Positions 48,248-60,763 of a stretch of DNA of 64,000 nucleotides are shown piece after piece. The stretch is from Eukaryota sp. GEM-RC1 (Eukaryota), in the NCBI GenBank assembly GCA_040285855.1, contig JAUFOQ010000010.1, positions 868,001 to 932,000 of the forward strand, written 5' to 3'. Numbering within the stretch: position 1 is the stretch's first letter; each line of letters opens with the position of its first letter. The notes beneath the pieces were generated by a model. The model ran no database searches, was not told the origin of the DNA, and was given only the letters and a program-made list of their open reading frames with translations. A program made the position numbers and the translations under genes.

Positions 48248-50623
48248 GCTGTTGAAAAAGATTATTATATGTCCAATCCTGTCCAACCAGAGGAAGTGAT
48301 GATGGTTATCAAGTCGCTGCCTTCAGGCCGTGCTACAGGTCCCTCTGGACTTAGCTATGATCATCTTAAAGTTGCTGCAAATTTCATTCCAGAAATAGCG
48401 GCTGATCTTGCTTTGTTTTATAATGATATCATTTTAAAAAGAAGGAAACTACCTACTGCTTTAACAGCGTCTCGTCTAGTGGCTTTGGAAAAACCTGGTG
48501 GTGGTGTTCGTCCTATATCAGTGGGAGAATCAATAATGCGTATTTTAGCGATAGTATGTTTTAGAAGAGTCAAACCAAGTTCTGTTGACTTTTTTCGTCC
48601 CTATCAATTTGCCATTGGAGTTCCAGATGGCACAACTTGTGCGGCACTTTCAGCAGATTTATTGTTTAATCAGGGTAATACTAATTACTTGTTGAATATT
48701 GATTATAAGAATGCATTTAATTCAATTTTTCGTTCAAGTATTTATGAACAATTAGAAGTTCATTTTCCACAATTGTTACCCTATTTTCGTTTAATGTATG
48801 GTGATCCTTCTGATTTAGTGTTTAATTCATACATAATCAAGTCAACTAGAGGTGTTAAACAAGGTGATCCACTTGGTACTTTTTTTCTTTTGTCTCGCCT
48901 TACAGTCAGTTTTTATCAAATTTAAAGAGAAACACCCTCATGTGGATTTGTGTGCCTATGCAGATGATTCTTCATTAATTGGCCCTATAGGTGTTTTACA
49001 ATTGAGTCTTGATGATTTTGATGAGCTTTCGAAATCCATTGGTTTGGAGATCAAATTGAGTAAGTGTTTCTTGATTGGAAAAGAAAAGGCTAAAATTATT
49101 TACGGTAATAAAGTTATACAGTTTACCAGCTATTCTGTTGAGTCTATCAAATTTTTGGGTACCTATTTTGGTAATCGAGGCAAAATTTTAGACAGTTTGT
49201 ATAATTCTTTGAATAAGCTTCAATCCCAATTACAATCAATTCAAGATTTAAAAATTGAAAAACATTTGGCTTTTTCGATGCTTTCAGTTTGTTTTAGTTC
49301 AAAGATTAATCATTTTTTGAGATCTATACCTCCTGATATTTCAAGGGAAGTAGCTCAAAAATTCAATGAAATCAGAACTAAATTTTTGGGCAATCTTGTT
49401 GAAACTGATTCAACCAAACTTCCTTATCATGCATTCTTTTCTGCTTCTTTTGGTGGTGTTGGATTTTCTAGAGCGGAGTATTTGTGTCAAAGTGCATATC
49501 TTAGTGGTTTGAAAAATTTTCTTTTCGAATTCCGTTTGAGATTTAGTGATGTGTTTTCACAAATAATCGCACAGAATTCTGTGTGGTTACGTCCTCTTGA
49601 TTCTGTCATTCAAAACCTATCTGCTGACATTTGGAACAAGTGTTTTCCTAAGTCAATCTCTTCTATTCCTGATAGGCCAATCGAGTTTCTACATTTATCT
49701 GTGGTAAAATTGCAAAATTGTGTTTTACATGGCTTAGAAGACTTGTATTTTTCTAAACGTCTTAGTGTTACTAACGTAAATAATCACGTCTTTGCTGCTT
49801 TTCTTTTGGATGTAAAAAACTTTTCATCGTTTATTACTCAACAGCCTAGACCTTATGGTCTTCATCTCAATAATGAGGCTTGGAAACTTAACATGCGTCT
49901 TCGCTTAGGTCTGTTTCCATCTGACTTGTTAGCTAATACTATGTGTTGTTGTAAAAAGAGACAAAAAGCTGACTTCAGACACATTGTTAGTTGCAAAAAA
50001 TTTCTTCATTTTAGGTGGATTTTACACAATGCTGTTCGTGACGTTACGTATGAAATGGTTAAATGTCATGGGTTTAATGGGAAAATCGAACCTCTTCTTA
50101 AGCATTATAGTGATGATAATATTACCAATTCTCGACGAGGTGATCTCATTGTTCAATATCTTCATTCTTGTCAAGCTGTGATAGATTTTACTACTGTTGA
50201 TCCATGTGCTAAAGTATATTTGAATTCAGTTTCGAGTGATACTGAAAATCATTTATCAAAAGCTGAAAAAGAAAAATTAGTACATATTCTGACACAATGA
50301 TCTGAATTCCTATTTGTATTCTTCTTTTAAGTTCATTCCTTTTGCTATTTCAATTCTTGGCAATATTGGAATTGCTGCTGAAAAATTCTTTGGTGCCTTT
50401 TCAAAGTTGTGCCGTGACCATAGGCAAAATTTCAATCAGTCTCTTTGGCGCAATCGCATTGTTGTTTCCTTATATAGAAGTTTCCCAAAGTATTTGAATC
50501 GTATTCTGGACAAATTGTATCGTGGTAGTTCAAGAGTAGATGTGGATCATTTAATATCTTTTAAGTACTAGTTACTAGTTGTTTGTATTGCGTTAATTTA
50601 TAACATAAAATTATATCTCTTAG
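48248..50623 (+). mobile_element. 5'-truncated CRE-like non-LTR retrotransposon (RT, CCHC, REL) with few frameshifts
   Basis: GRATGPSG, KPGGGVRPISVGE, DYKNAFN, GVKQGDPLG, YADD, CCC...HIVSC, RRGDL...DFTTVDP; 10-bp TSD CTTACTAACA (48238-47, 50624-33); empty paralogous site near 43610. Confidence 0.93.
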
Positions 50624-51899
50624 CTTACTAACATAACTCAACAAAATATCTTAAATGTTCGGGTGATTTATTTGGTCAAAGTCGCTCTAAATAGAAGTCT
50701 AATATGCGATACACCGTGTCACATCATCCAATATAGGTTGTGGAGGACCATAAATTGGTAATCGATCTATACAATTGATTATGATGAAGACGTGAAGAAA
50801 AACACGTAATTGAGGAGAAATTGTTGTAGTTTAATTTTTTGGAATATTACCACTTAAGTCTAATTTCCGACAACAATTCAGTTTATTTTCATCAGCAAAC
50901 ACTAAAGACAAGGAGGATGTCAGCATAAACTATGGGACTAAAATGGAAGATGTCAGGAGTAATTTATCAAGTGGAAATGATGAAGCTATTCACACTTTAA
51001 CTTAATTCAAAATAATATTAAATACTGTTGGTGAGGCTAGCTATTTGACTAAGAAAGTGTTTTATCTAGAGTGATGTTTATCATCATTAATAGACATTTT
51101 GTCAAAGCCTTCTATTGATCTTCTCGAGTTCTTTATTGTGTATTAACTATCCAGTAGCTTACTTCTTCTACTGAGTAGTGACATTACGTAACCACACAGA
51201 ATGAATTGACAAAAATGGTTTGAAAAATATGGAACTCATATTTATAGATGTAATAAACTACTGAAAACGAATGGGTTGATTGTAGTATATGTAGATGTAT
51301 GTTTTTATCGGTGACATATATGTTATCAAACAGAATGATTTTTTGATTGATCTAAAATGTTGAAGTATTAAAAGGCATTTCAAAATGAGCTGGTTCAAAG
51401 TACAGCTCGGAACTACAATCTTCTATATTTTTTTGTTTTCATATATTTTGTATTTTCAATGTCGATTTACATCTTTTGTACTATTTGTATTCTTTTTCTA
51501 GGAAACTCCTTTCTGATGATTCAAGAGGCAATATCCTCCGAATTTTTGAACTATTAGCTAGTACGACTAATCAACTGTCCATCGATAAAATTGAGCTTAT
51601 GAAGAACTATACTATCCAAACAAATATGTATTTCCCTAAAATAGATTCTAAGTCTAGTATCTTTGATTAAGTTCATCATCATGGACTGTTTTTGCCAAGA
51701 TCCTGATCAATGTTCACCATAAAAGAACACCAAAATAAGATCATGTACAATTAACAAAATCAGAAAAATTGAATTTAGAATTGACTTAGAATTAACCATT
51801 GGTCATCAGCAGGTGATTGTTGTTACCAACCATCCTCAAATTTTGCTGTTAAAACGAGACTTTGAACTTTGTTGAAAAACGATAAAAAGTATGGTTGAT

Positions 51900-52480
51900 T
51901 GACAATTACTAGCAAAAGTGATTAATGAGACACTGTTTTTACAATGTGCGTAGAAGCGGATGAAAATCGAACTCAGGTTATATGTGTAGTCTGATTAAAT
52001 CGATTCATTTCATATCATTAATCACTTAAGCAATATGCGATTTGCATCACCAAGATTAAGGCCTTTCGAAGAGAGAACATGATAGAACAACTGCTGTGAG
52101 GTCTTCTAAGTGTGTCCGAATAAGCGGACCAGAGCAAGAATTTGTTCTACAAGAGGAAGAAAGTTTGGGATCAATGTTTGAAAACGTCTTTGAATCGGAT
52201 CTGCTACTGTTTTAGTTGTTTGAAGAAGAAATTTACAAGTACAAATCAACAAAGATCTCTTGAACGTTTAGACAGATGTATTTCATTACAGTAACTCAAA
52301 AATGTCTGTTATGCGAACCACTGGGTCACATCATCCACGGAACACTTCGAGAACTTCATCGAAGTGTTACAAAGACAATACGTGTACAATTGAAATATAT
52401 ATGATACCTGTTGACACGCATAATCCGTGTTAAAAATTTCATTTGTGGTTTCAAATCTAAAGAAGCTGAGTCCATTGTAC
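51900..52480 (-). repeat. Further copy of the helicase-linked repeat found at 42.6-43.1, 43.4-43.7, 45.0-45.6 and 48.0-48.2 kb
   Basis: Shared core ACAAGAGGAAGAAAGTTTGGGATCAATGTT...GAAAACGTCTTTGAATCGGAT...CTACTGTTTTAGTTG. Confidence 0.8.
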
Positions 52481-53333
52481 TTCGTCTATCATTGACTCAA
52501 CTATGAACACGTAAACGAAGAAGCTCATCCTCAACATTTCACGTTTTGCTCTCTGGTTCTTCATTCTATCTACCCGGGGTTATCCTTTTTGGATGGTTGT
52601 TTTCCTACATATACTCCTGTTACACTTCACATTCTTCATTATCCATGTTTTCTCTCTGAAATGTTACTTTTACATTATCATGTCTTTCTTCTTCTGACTC
52701 ATAAACAAGGAATTGAAACGTGACTTGATCTCTTCCGTACTCATCACTGAAATCATTCCAATGCTTTTCGTCGTTGTTAACGACTCTTATTCAAATGTCG
52801 GGTGACACTTGATTGTTTTTTTTGACCAATCTTGATGGTATTGTTGGACATAAGTGTTTGTTCATCAATTCTACTTTCTGGTTTTTTTTGTTCTTTATTG
52901 AATTTAATCAGATCCATTACTATTGTTAGGAACAAAATTAGATCATCTGATTGTTATTTAGTTAACATGTTTATGGTTCAAATGTTGAGAGTAACTTTCA
53001 TCATTGTTAATTAGTCAATTGCAATTAAAAAGATTAGCTTAGATTACTTAGGTTAGTTATATCTTCCTACAGTGATCTTGGTAATATTAATCTTTATTAA
53101 TCTATTCCTTATAATAATATCAACAATTTAAATCACTGTGTGCGATCAATCACCGCAAACAACAAGAAAATGTCTAAAGAAAGAGAGTTCAGTGGAAACA
53201 ACGTTGATAAGTTGACGAAGACCTATAAGAGGATGATAGGCCAACTTTCTGAGAAGAAAATGAGGGTAGAAAAAGTCTTTCCACAATCTGTTGTACATCT
53301 ACGATCTATGAGTTCGTACTAAGTTAACGGCAA

Positions 53334-53860
53334 TCAACACCGGAGCCACTTTGTTTTCATATCTTGTTCATTGATCTCATAAACGATACCCGATCGCTCT
53401 GGAGCAGCGTTAGTTGCCAGGTGATATACATAGTATCCATGAGCATTATTTGGAAACACCTTTGCTAAAGCAGGCATTAACCCTTCATGTCTACCAGACA
53501 TCACATTCACAAAGTTGGAACACATCTTTTATCATCTGGGAAAACCAGGTCCAATTCTCACAATTCTCGGTTTCGGTAACACCAAAGGCTAGGGGAAATG
53601 TATTACCGGCACTGTCAACCGATATGGCAATTAGAATAACCCCGAGACCCTGTGTTCTTCTATAATTGCCACGGTTATAACGAGCTTGCAGTATTGAAAA
53701 CCTTCTATACAAGCAGATATAGCTATGAAGAGACTCTTGAAGTCTCCATTCGGTTCGGCTACAACTTCAGTCACAGACCCTGGCATTCTGGTTACTAGAG
53801 ACTCACAAAAAGCAGGAAGTCTAGCATAAGATTATTTTCTTGTACCAAACACGTTTTACC
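53334..53860 (-). mobile_element. MULE (MuDR) transposase core fragment
   Basis: GVILIAISVDSAGNTFPLAFGVTETENCENWTWF and VMSGRHEGLMPALAKVFPNNAH...HLATN. Confidence 0.88.
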
Positions 53861-55231
53861 AGTTTTTTCTACACGGTTGAGATGTCTAGGCGACATTTAA
53901 CAGTGGATTTTACATATTAAAATTCATTGAGATATATTAATGAAAATGGTGCTGTTTAAGAAAAATCATATGAATTGAATTTAGAAAGATTGGTAAATAG
54001 TATTCGTTAGTGTGATTTAATAGTGTTAGTTAGTTGGTATATTTTAACCACATATATGGTTAATTTTTTTTACTTTGTACACAGTCTTGGTACTTCTTAT
54101 GAATTCTTTATTCGGCACCCCATAAGGTAACCTTCCTACAAAACTATGAAATTGTAAAAACAAACAAATAATACTAAAATTAAATCCAAACGACTTCATC
54201 ACCACCCGGTAAAAGATTACGTTTATCAACATTAACCTTCACACCAAACTTAAAAAAAAATATAAAATATTTAATTTTTTGGTACTTCTGGAAAAAATTC
54301 AACGAAACATACTTTTTGGGGAAATAAAAAGCTGTGCATTTGTTGAAAAAACAGACCTCAATCTATTTGAAATAATATACAACAGTAGAAAATTTTCGGC
54401 AGTAATCAAGAAATGAATGCAATAAAGAAATGGGGATTGACTTCATGAAGCGTCGTAACACATTGCGTGATTTGACACCTCTAATTAATACAATATCTTT
54501 CAGTTAGTCACATAGTTGCAAAGTATATTGACAAAAATATAATACAATACATATACAGAATACAAATACAATACAGAATAGGTATTAAATATATATTTTA
54601 TCTGGCAATTTCGAGTGTAAAATCGAACTTCTAAAGTCAATTTTCACCAAACATTTCTTGACAATCTACAACAGCTGTATTGTGTGCGTACTGATTCGGA
54701 GTTGTTCAAGCTTTTAAATGATTGCATTACATATATAGAGCAACATTGAAGGACATTTTATTCAAGTTATTAGTTCTGAAGAAAATCCAATAGTCAACAC
54801 CTTGAGAATTTTCAATCCAAATCATATGATTCAGGCCCCAATGATATCCTAGCTAAACACAAGTCATTGTTACATGGTGTGTTTGTTTACAGAAAATCCA
54901 CATACGTAGATGCCAATGACACTTGCTCACTCTGCAACCCAACGAAACAAATCCATGTGCATCAACATATTTTTAATGAAAAATCCTGACGTACATAGAA
55001 TTACTTTCTTTTGGTGATGTTGATATCTTGCAAACCTTACAAGAACTTCGTCCTCTTAAACCTCATGATTCTGAAGACACCATTATGAGATGTTCTGTTG
55101 CGTATCAATTCCTATGTACAACTCAAAGCGAGCCTCTTCTACTGTCAATCATCTAAAGTAGTATCATCATCCATGTCTCATGCAAAAAGGAGGGCATGCG
55201 ATCAAAAACTGTTGGGACAAATCATGCAAAC

Positions 55232-56140
55232 TAGGACTGTGCAGGTCCGGGTTTAGGTTTCAAACCAAACCTTTTTTTACTAAACCTAGCTGAACCTAAA
55301 CCTTTTTTAAGAAAACCAAACCAAACCTAAACATTTCTGAATGAAACCAAACCAAACCTAAACCTTTTTTAATAAAACCAAACATAAACCTTTAGCAGAA
55401 CTGTAGGAAAATGAAACACAATTAATTTCAATAACCCTCTGACTTTTTACATATGAACGATCTTAACGTTTCTATTGACGAGAACTCTTCTGAAATTGAA
55501 GTGATGAGTGAAGACAGTGCATCTCCTGTTACCTCGCCCCGTGAGTCACCTTTTACTCTCAAAAAGTGTTCAAACACTGGATTTTCAAGTACTTCACTAA
55601 ACTTGAAGATGGCCGCTTACAGTTTAATGATAGCTGTTGCAAACTTCACCATACGCCTTACGCTAAAACTACTGGTAATGGTACCATAGTAAACCATTTA
55701 CAGAAGCACCATCTTGCGATTCTAGCCAACAACAAAAAGGAACGGGGTAAACTGTTTCAGACAAGCAGAAGCTCAACTTTCTTGTAAACGAAATCGAAAA
55801 CCAAAAAGAAACACTCAGTCCCCAACAACAAGAAAAGCTCCTTTCATTTCTTGTCGAACTCATTGTGGAGTGCGACCTGCCCTTCTCCTTTATTGAAAGA
55901 CCTTCTCTTTTGCGTCTTCTTCAGTCTATTGATCAAAGAATTTCCTCCCTGCCAGAAAGAAGTACAGTACAGCGTAGAATTGTATTAGGCTACTCAACTT
56001 TACGAGTACAACTTAAGGATTTCATCAGAAACATTTCTCTTAGGGTGTCTATTACACTAGATCTTTGGACTTCTTCTTCCCATTCTCCCTTCATTGCTGT
56101 TACTCTCCACTTTGTCAACCCAGACTATGAGCTACGATTG
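55232..56140 (+). mobile_element. 5' part of a hAT transposon (TIR, subterminal repeats, BED finger, transposase N-terminus)
   Basis: TAGGACTGTGCA end; AAACC(A/T)AAACC arrays at 55260-55390; WIFKYF...CCKLH...NHLQKHH; DLPFSFIE...ITLDLWTS...AVTLHF; truncated. Confidence 0.88.
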
Positions 56141-56509
56141 CATTGCAAACAATCAAAACACTACAATACAAGTGCATCTCCAAAGTATAAATCAAAACCA
56201 TGTCAAGATACGCATGTCATGTCTGGTAACATTATTCTTGTTTCTGTAGTATAGAGTTCTCACATATCCGCAAAAAAACGTTGATGAACCCTTATAAACA
56301 AGGGTTGGAAATATTACAGAAACAATACAATATTTTCCATACATTGGTATCAATATGCAATTATTAGCTCAAGCCCTGTATTGTATTGTTACATATTGCT
56401 GTTTATTGTCATATTATTATTGTGATATATTGCCAGTATTGATTTCGTATTAGTTTTACAAGAACAAAAATTCATTTCACTCCTCTCACTACTCTCACAT
56501 TGTCAATCT

Positions 56510-57090
56510 ATGACAAACCTCTCAAAGAAGGAGTTGTCTCTGTTCTTTTTCAAATATCTTGGACTTGAACACGAACTTGTTCGCGCCAATGCTGATACAG
56601 AAATCATCGTGGAGAATGCTCCTATTCTATTCCTTCACTCAGCTTACCCAAGCTCCGATACCTTCACCATCTCCTCGTCTCTCTCGAATCTAGTGATCAA
56701 GTCAATTCATCTATTACTCCAGAAGAAGCTGATCTCCTCTTGCCTGCAGTTAACTCCTCTCTAGTCACGGTTCCACGCAGGAGGGCTCCCAGTGCATCAG
56801 ACAGTTCTGAACTTCGTGGTCGAGTTAGTTCGACTGATGGTGACTACTGTTGATTCGGGTGACGTGTGAAACGGGACGTGAGGTAGTTGCTGCAAGTATA
56901 GATGGTAGTGATGCTGATTCTTCATAAATAGTTAAAACCAGCTCTTCCTCTCTTCCTCCTAGGCTTCCTTTCATACCTAAGAGCGATTTCCTCAAACTGG
57001 AAGTAAAAATCAACAACATTCCCTTTATGGCTACTATTGACTCTGCCTGTCAAACCTCATGTTTCTCTACTGACATTGTTCGTTCACCTC
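56510..57090 (+). mobile_element. Probable LTR-retrotransposon gag/aspartic protease relic
   Basis: FLKLEVKINNIPFMATIDSACQTS at ~56990-57060 resembles the retropepsin active-site region. Confidence 0.5.
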
Positions 57091-60000
57091 AGACCCTTCT
57101 AATTGACGTATACTTCAACACGTACATGACGACGTACTCCTTCACGAAAAAATGTTGACACCATACCGTCTTTTTTCGGATGTTTTGTGAATCAGTTTGC
57201 TCCTCACCCAGTGGTTTGATCTCAGTAGAATACCTGAGTGCTGATCCTACCTTCATTTCAATACCCCCGTACCAACGTTTTTGAAGGATGACGCAAACCC
57301 AAGACATCCAAAACCACCGGTGGGAGCTCAAAAAGCCAAACGAAAAGCTCCCAAAACAATTGTGTTGCTAATAAATAAATCTACTATTCTTATAATTTGG
57401 TTTAAGAAATGACTTAATGAAGAAAATTGCTTTCATCATACATCACAAAAGAATGATAGACATTTGTTGAGAAAACAATGGAACAAACTTAAAAATTTCA
57501 CATCAATAAACCAAACTTTCCTTAAGACCTCTTTCTTCTTGTAATGGTTGATTTTCAGTTCATTAATTCAGTATTAAGACTGGAACAAAAGACTAGTCAT
57601 CTCGATAGTTTCAGTTAGAAACGGCTCAAAAGCTGACGTGATCCTGGAAAACTCGTGACTTTCGGTATCAAACATTCCTCTTGCGGCAGAATGACAGTAA
57701 TACTTTAGATGCCACCAATTACCTCATTAATGAAACTAATAGACACCATTTTGTGAAGAAAGTGACTCTCAATCATAATTCATTTCCCAAAATCACTCAT
57801 GACGTTCCGTGAGCTTTAGTTGTGAATGATTGATCTTTGACTTCAAGATAGTCATCTTGATATCAAGACTCGTTCTTTAGATTAAAATTAAAGCAATTTA
57901 GAGACTTTAAAATTGGTCTAAGATTCAGCCGTCTTATGATAAACTCTTTTCGAATCCAAAGGAAAACTCCAATAATGATCAATTAATCTGTTCATTGAAG
58001 GGGTGATAATGATTGTTTTACTGATGAAAATAGCTGTTAATACTTGAGAATCTTTGAAATCATCATCAATGACGCGAAGTGACACGATTTCGTTAGTTTC
58101 GCCTAATATAGTCTGAGTGAGGGCGGAAACACGTGTTAACACGTATCACCACGTGCCAAAACGTGTCAACGGGAAAGCTATACTTAAGATCGACACAGGG
58201 ACGATCTTCTTATCAAGAATATTTAGGATGTATGGTGGGGTGACTGTTGAAGAGGTTCAGTCTAGGCAATGAGTTCATAAGCAAGGATCATGATTGAGGA
58301 TGTTACCAACTTCTTCATCCTGGATTAGCGCTAGTTTGGTCTTGGTTCTGGAGCAGGAGGAAGGACTTCGAGGTCACGAAGGATGTATCCATCAATGGTA
58401 CTTTGAATTCCATACGATCGACTAGCGGTTTCAAAGAGAATAAAGATTCTTAAAGGGGGAGACGATGACATGAGCAGCAAATTTAGCTTCAGTGATGATA
58501 GAGAATTGAGCCTTGTCAAGGATTTGAGTAAGGATTTGGTAGGATATGAAACAGGAGAGAACCACGTCTGTTCTGTTCAAAAGAAGATTTTTTTTCGTCT
58601 CTCGTTAAGTCCTTCTGATAGCTAGCACAACAATGTTTCTTTCCTGAACGATGTTACAAACCACTTCATGACATTTTCTCCAATAAGTGAATGTACCAGG
58701 ACTCGTATCTTCACATATATTCAGTAAACATCTCTTTCTTTCAGTTTTGCTCTGACTCTACTCACACTCTGAGTATAGTCACTATCTATCTCTCCTAATC
58801 GTGATCTCTTGAAAAACTCATAGCTTAGTTTGTGATCGTATCATTAGTTTTTTCAAAAGACCAAATGAGAGTAAGTCTTGCCACGGTGTAATCACGTGAT
58901 CAAGTTCGTCTTCAACATCAACGTTTGCTCCTCCTTTTTCCTTCTGTCTACACCATGCCTACCCCAAGGGTGCTACTTGTCTTGTCACTGCTCTCATCAT
59001 CAATGTCTTACTCATCTCACTTTTTTTTCACTGTTTGATACTTGTTCTGTAATGATCTTTATCTTTTCGTTTTACTGGTTTCACTTAGTCTTTTGCAACA
59101 CCGGGTTACTAAACTTTTCCCCTGGGGTTGTCTTCTTGTTTTTACATGTACCCCTGTTACCATTCACACTCTTCATTATCCATGTATTCTCCCAATAAAT
59201 AAAATATACTGTCTTTCTTCTTCACATAATTCATGATCAAGAATTCAAACATGACTCTATTCCGTTCAGAACATGTACCATACACGTGTCTGCTCGAAAT
59301 ATCGACCACTGTTGTGATCCAGCCAGCCGCCGCTACTCGATACTACAAGAGTTGTATTCTGTCACAGAGGTTTTGTTAGGTTGGAGCGAAATTGGTAGCA
59401 ACCAACATTAACAGAAAAGTTCAGAAGTCCATTTCTGCAAATCCTCCTGTCCTAGAAGTATGTACTCCCGTTAGTAACACTGTTCAGTACTTTAGGCTTC
59501 AAGTACCTTGGTCAAGTTATCGTCGCCTCTTGTTGGTGTTATCCTATATACCGACGGAGATCGTACATGTATGATTAAATTGTACTTATAATTTGAAAAG
59601 TTAATACGAGACTGGAGCGAGAATCCATTTTGATTTTTGATTTCGTGAAAAATAATGGTACTCTTATGGGGAGAAAATAAAAATTAAATAATCTAGGTAA
59701 AATAGGACTGCATTATAATTATAGACTATACGTTGGCACTTGTTGTATTATCAATATCCATTACTGTAAGATGCAGAAAGCATAAGACTCTTTTTAATGG
59801 TAGAAGTCAGACTAAATCATTGTCTTACCGATTATCATTACACCTCTCACTTGCTTGATTAGTACCATCACAGTTTACTTCCAAGAAAATAGAACTTTAT
59901 TTAAAAGAATGAATGTAACCCATGAAGAAAGGTTTGCGAAGATCGTTAAAGAAATGCTAGATGATGATGATAGACAATGTGAGTTTACAGTGTTCCCATT

Positions 60001-60763
60001 TTGTATATTGAGAAGAGTACTAACATGTGAGATATGAGGCTCGTGATGATATGTAGAATGTTGAACATGATACAAATGCATTTTCTTTTACATCATTTAT
60101 ACAGAGTTTATGACCACTGCTTTCTTTAGTTTTATTGACACCACAATTGTCTTACTGATCATAAATTAATTAAACAAAAACAGTTGATTAATGAACACAC
60201 TTAGCTTAAGTTATGATTACTGATAGAGTTACAGTGCGGGGTAATGAGTGATAATCACCATACTTAACACGTGTTGCTCCACAAAATACTATAAAAGTAA
60301 CAAACAGCTTTTGGACTCTTCATTATTCACCTGGCCAACAATTCTTTTGCAAAATACCGAATGTGAAACCGACTTCAATAACAATTGTTTTAGCTCAGTT
60401 GGTTTACAGTGTAACTTTTCACGCTGTTTTTTCTATAGTTTGATCTGAGTTAAATAAATCACAATTTGTTCTAGGTATATTTGTGATAACCTTGATACTG
60501 TGTAAAAACTGTTAAAAAACTGTATGGTTTTCATTGAAGCCCTTTCAGTAACGTTTTCAAATAGTAAAGTACATATAAACTCTTTCATTATACGGTATGA
60601 ATTGTTTTCTGATAGTAAACTAAGTCACTATATAGAAATGTCACTACTCAGAGGTACAAGTAGAACCCAAATCTCTGAAGAAAACCCTATAACAGTATTA
60701 TTTATAGGAATTACCTTTTAATACTCTTTATGTACTAACCAATTTTCAAAAAAAAATGAAAAC

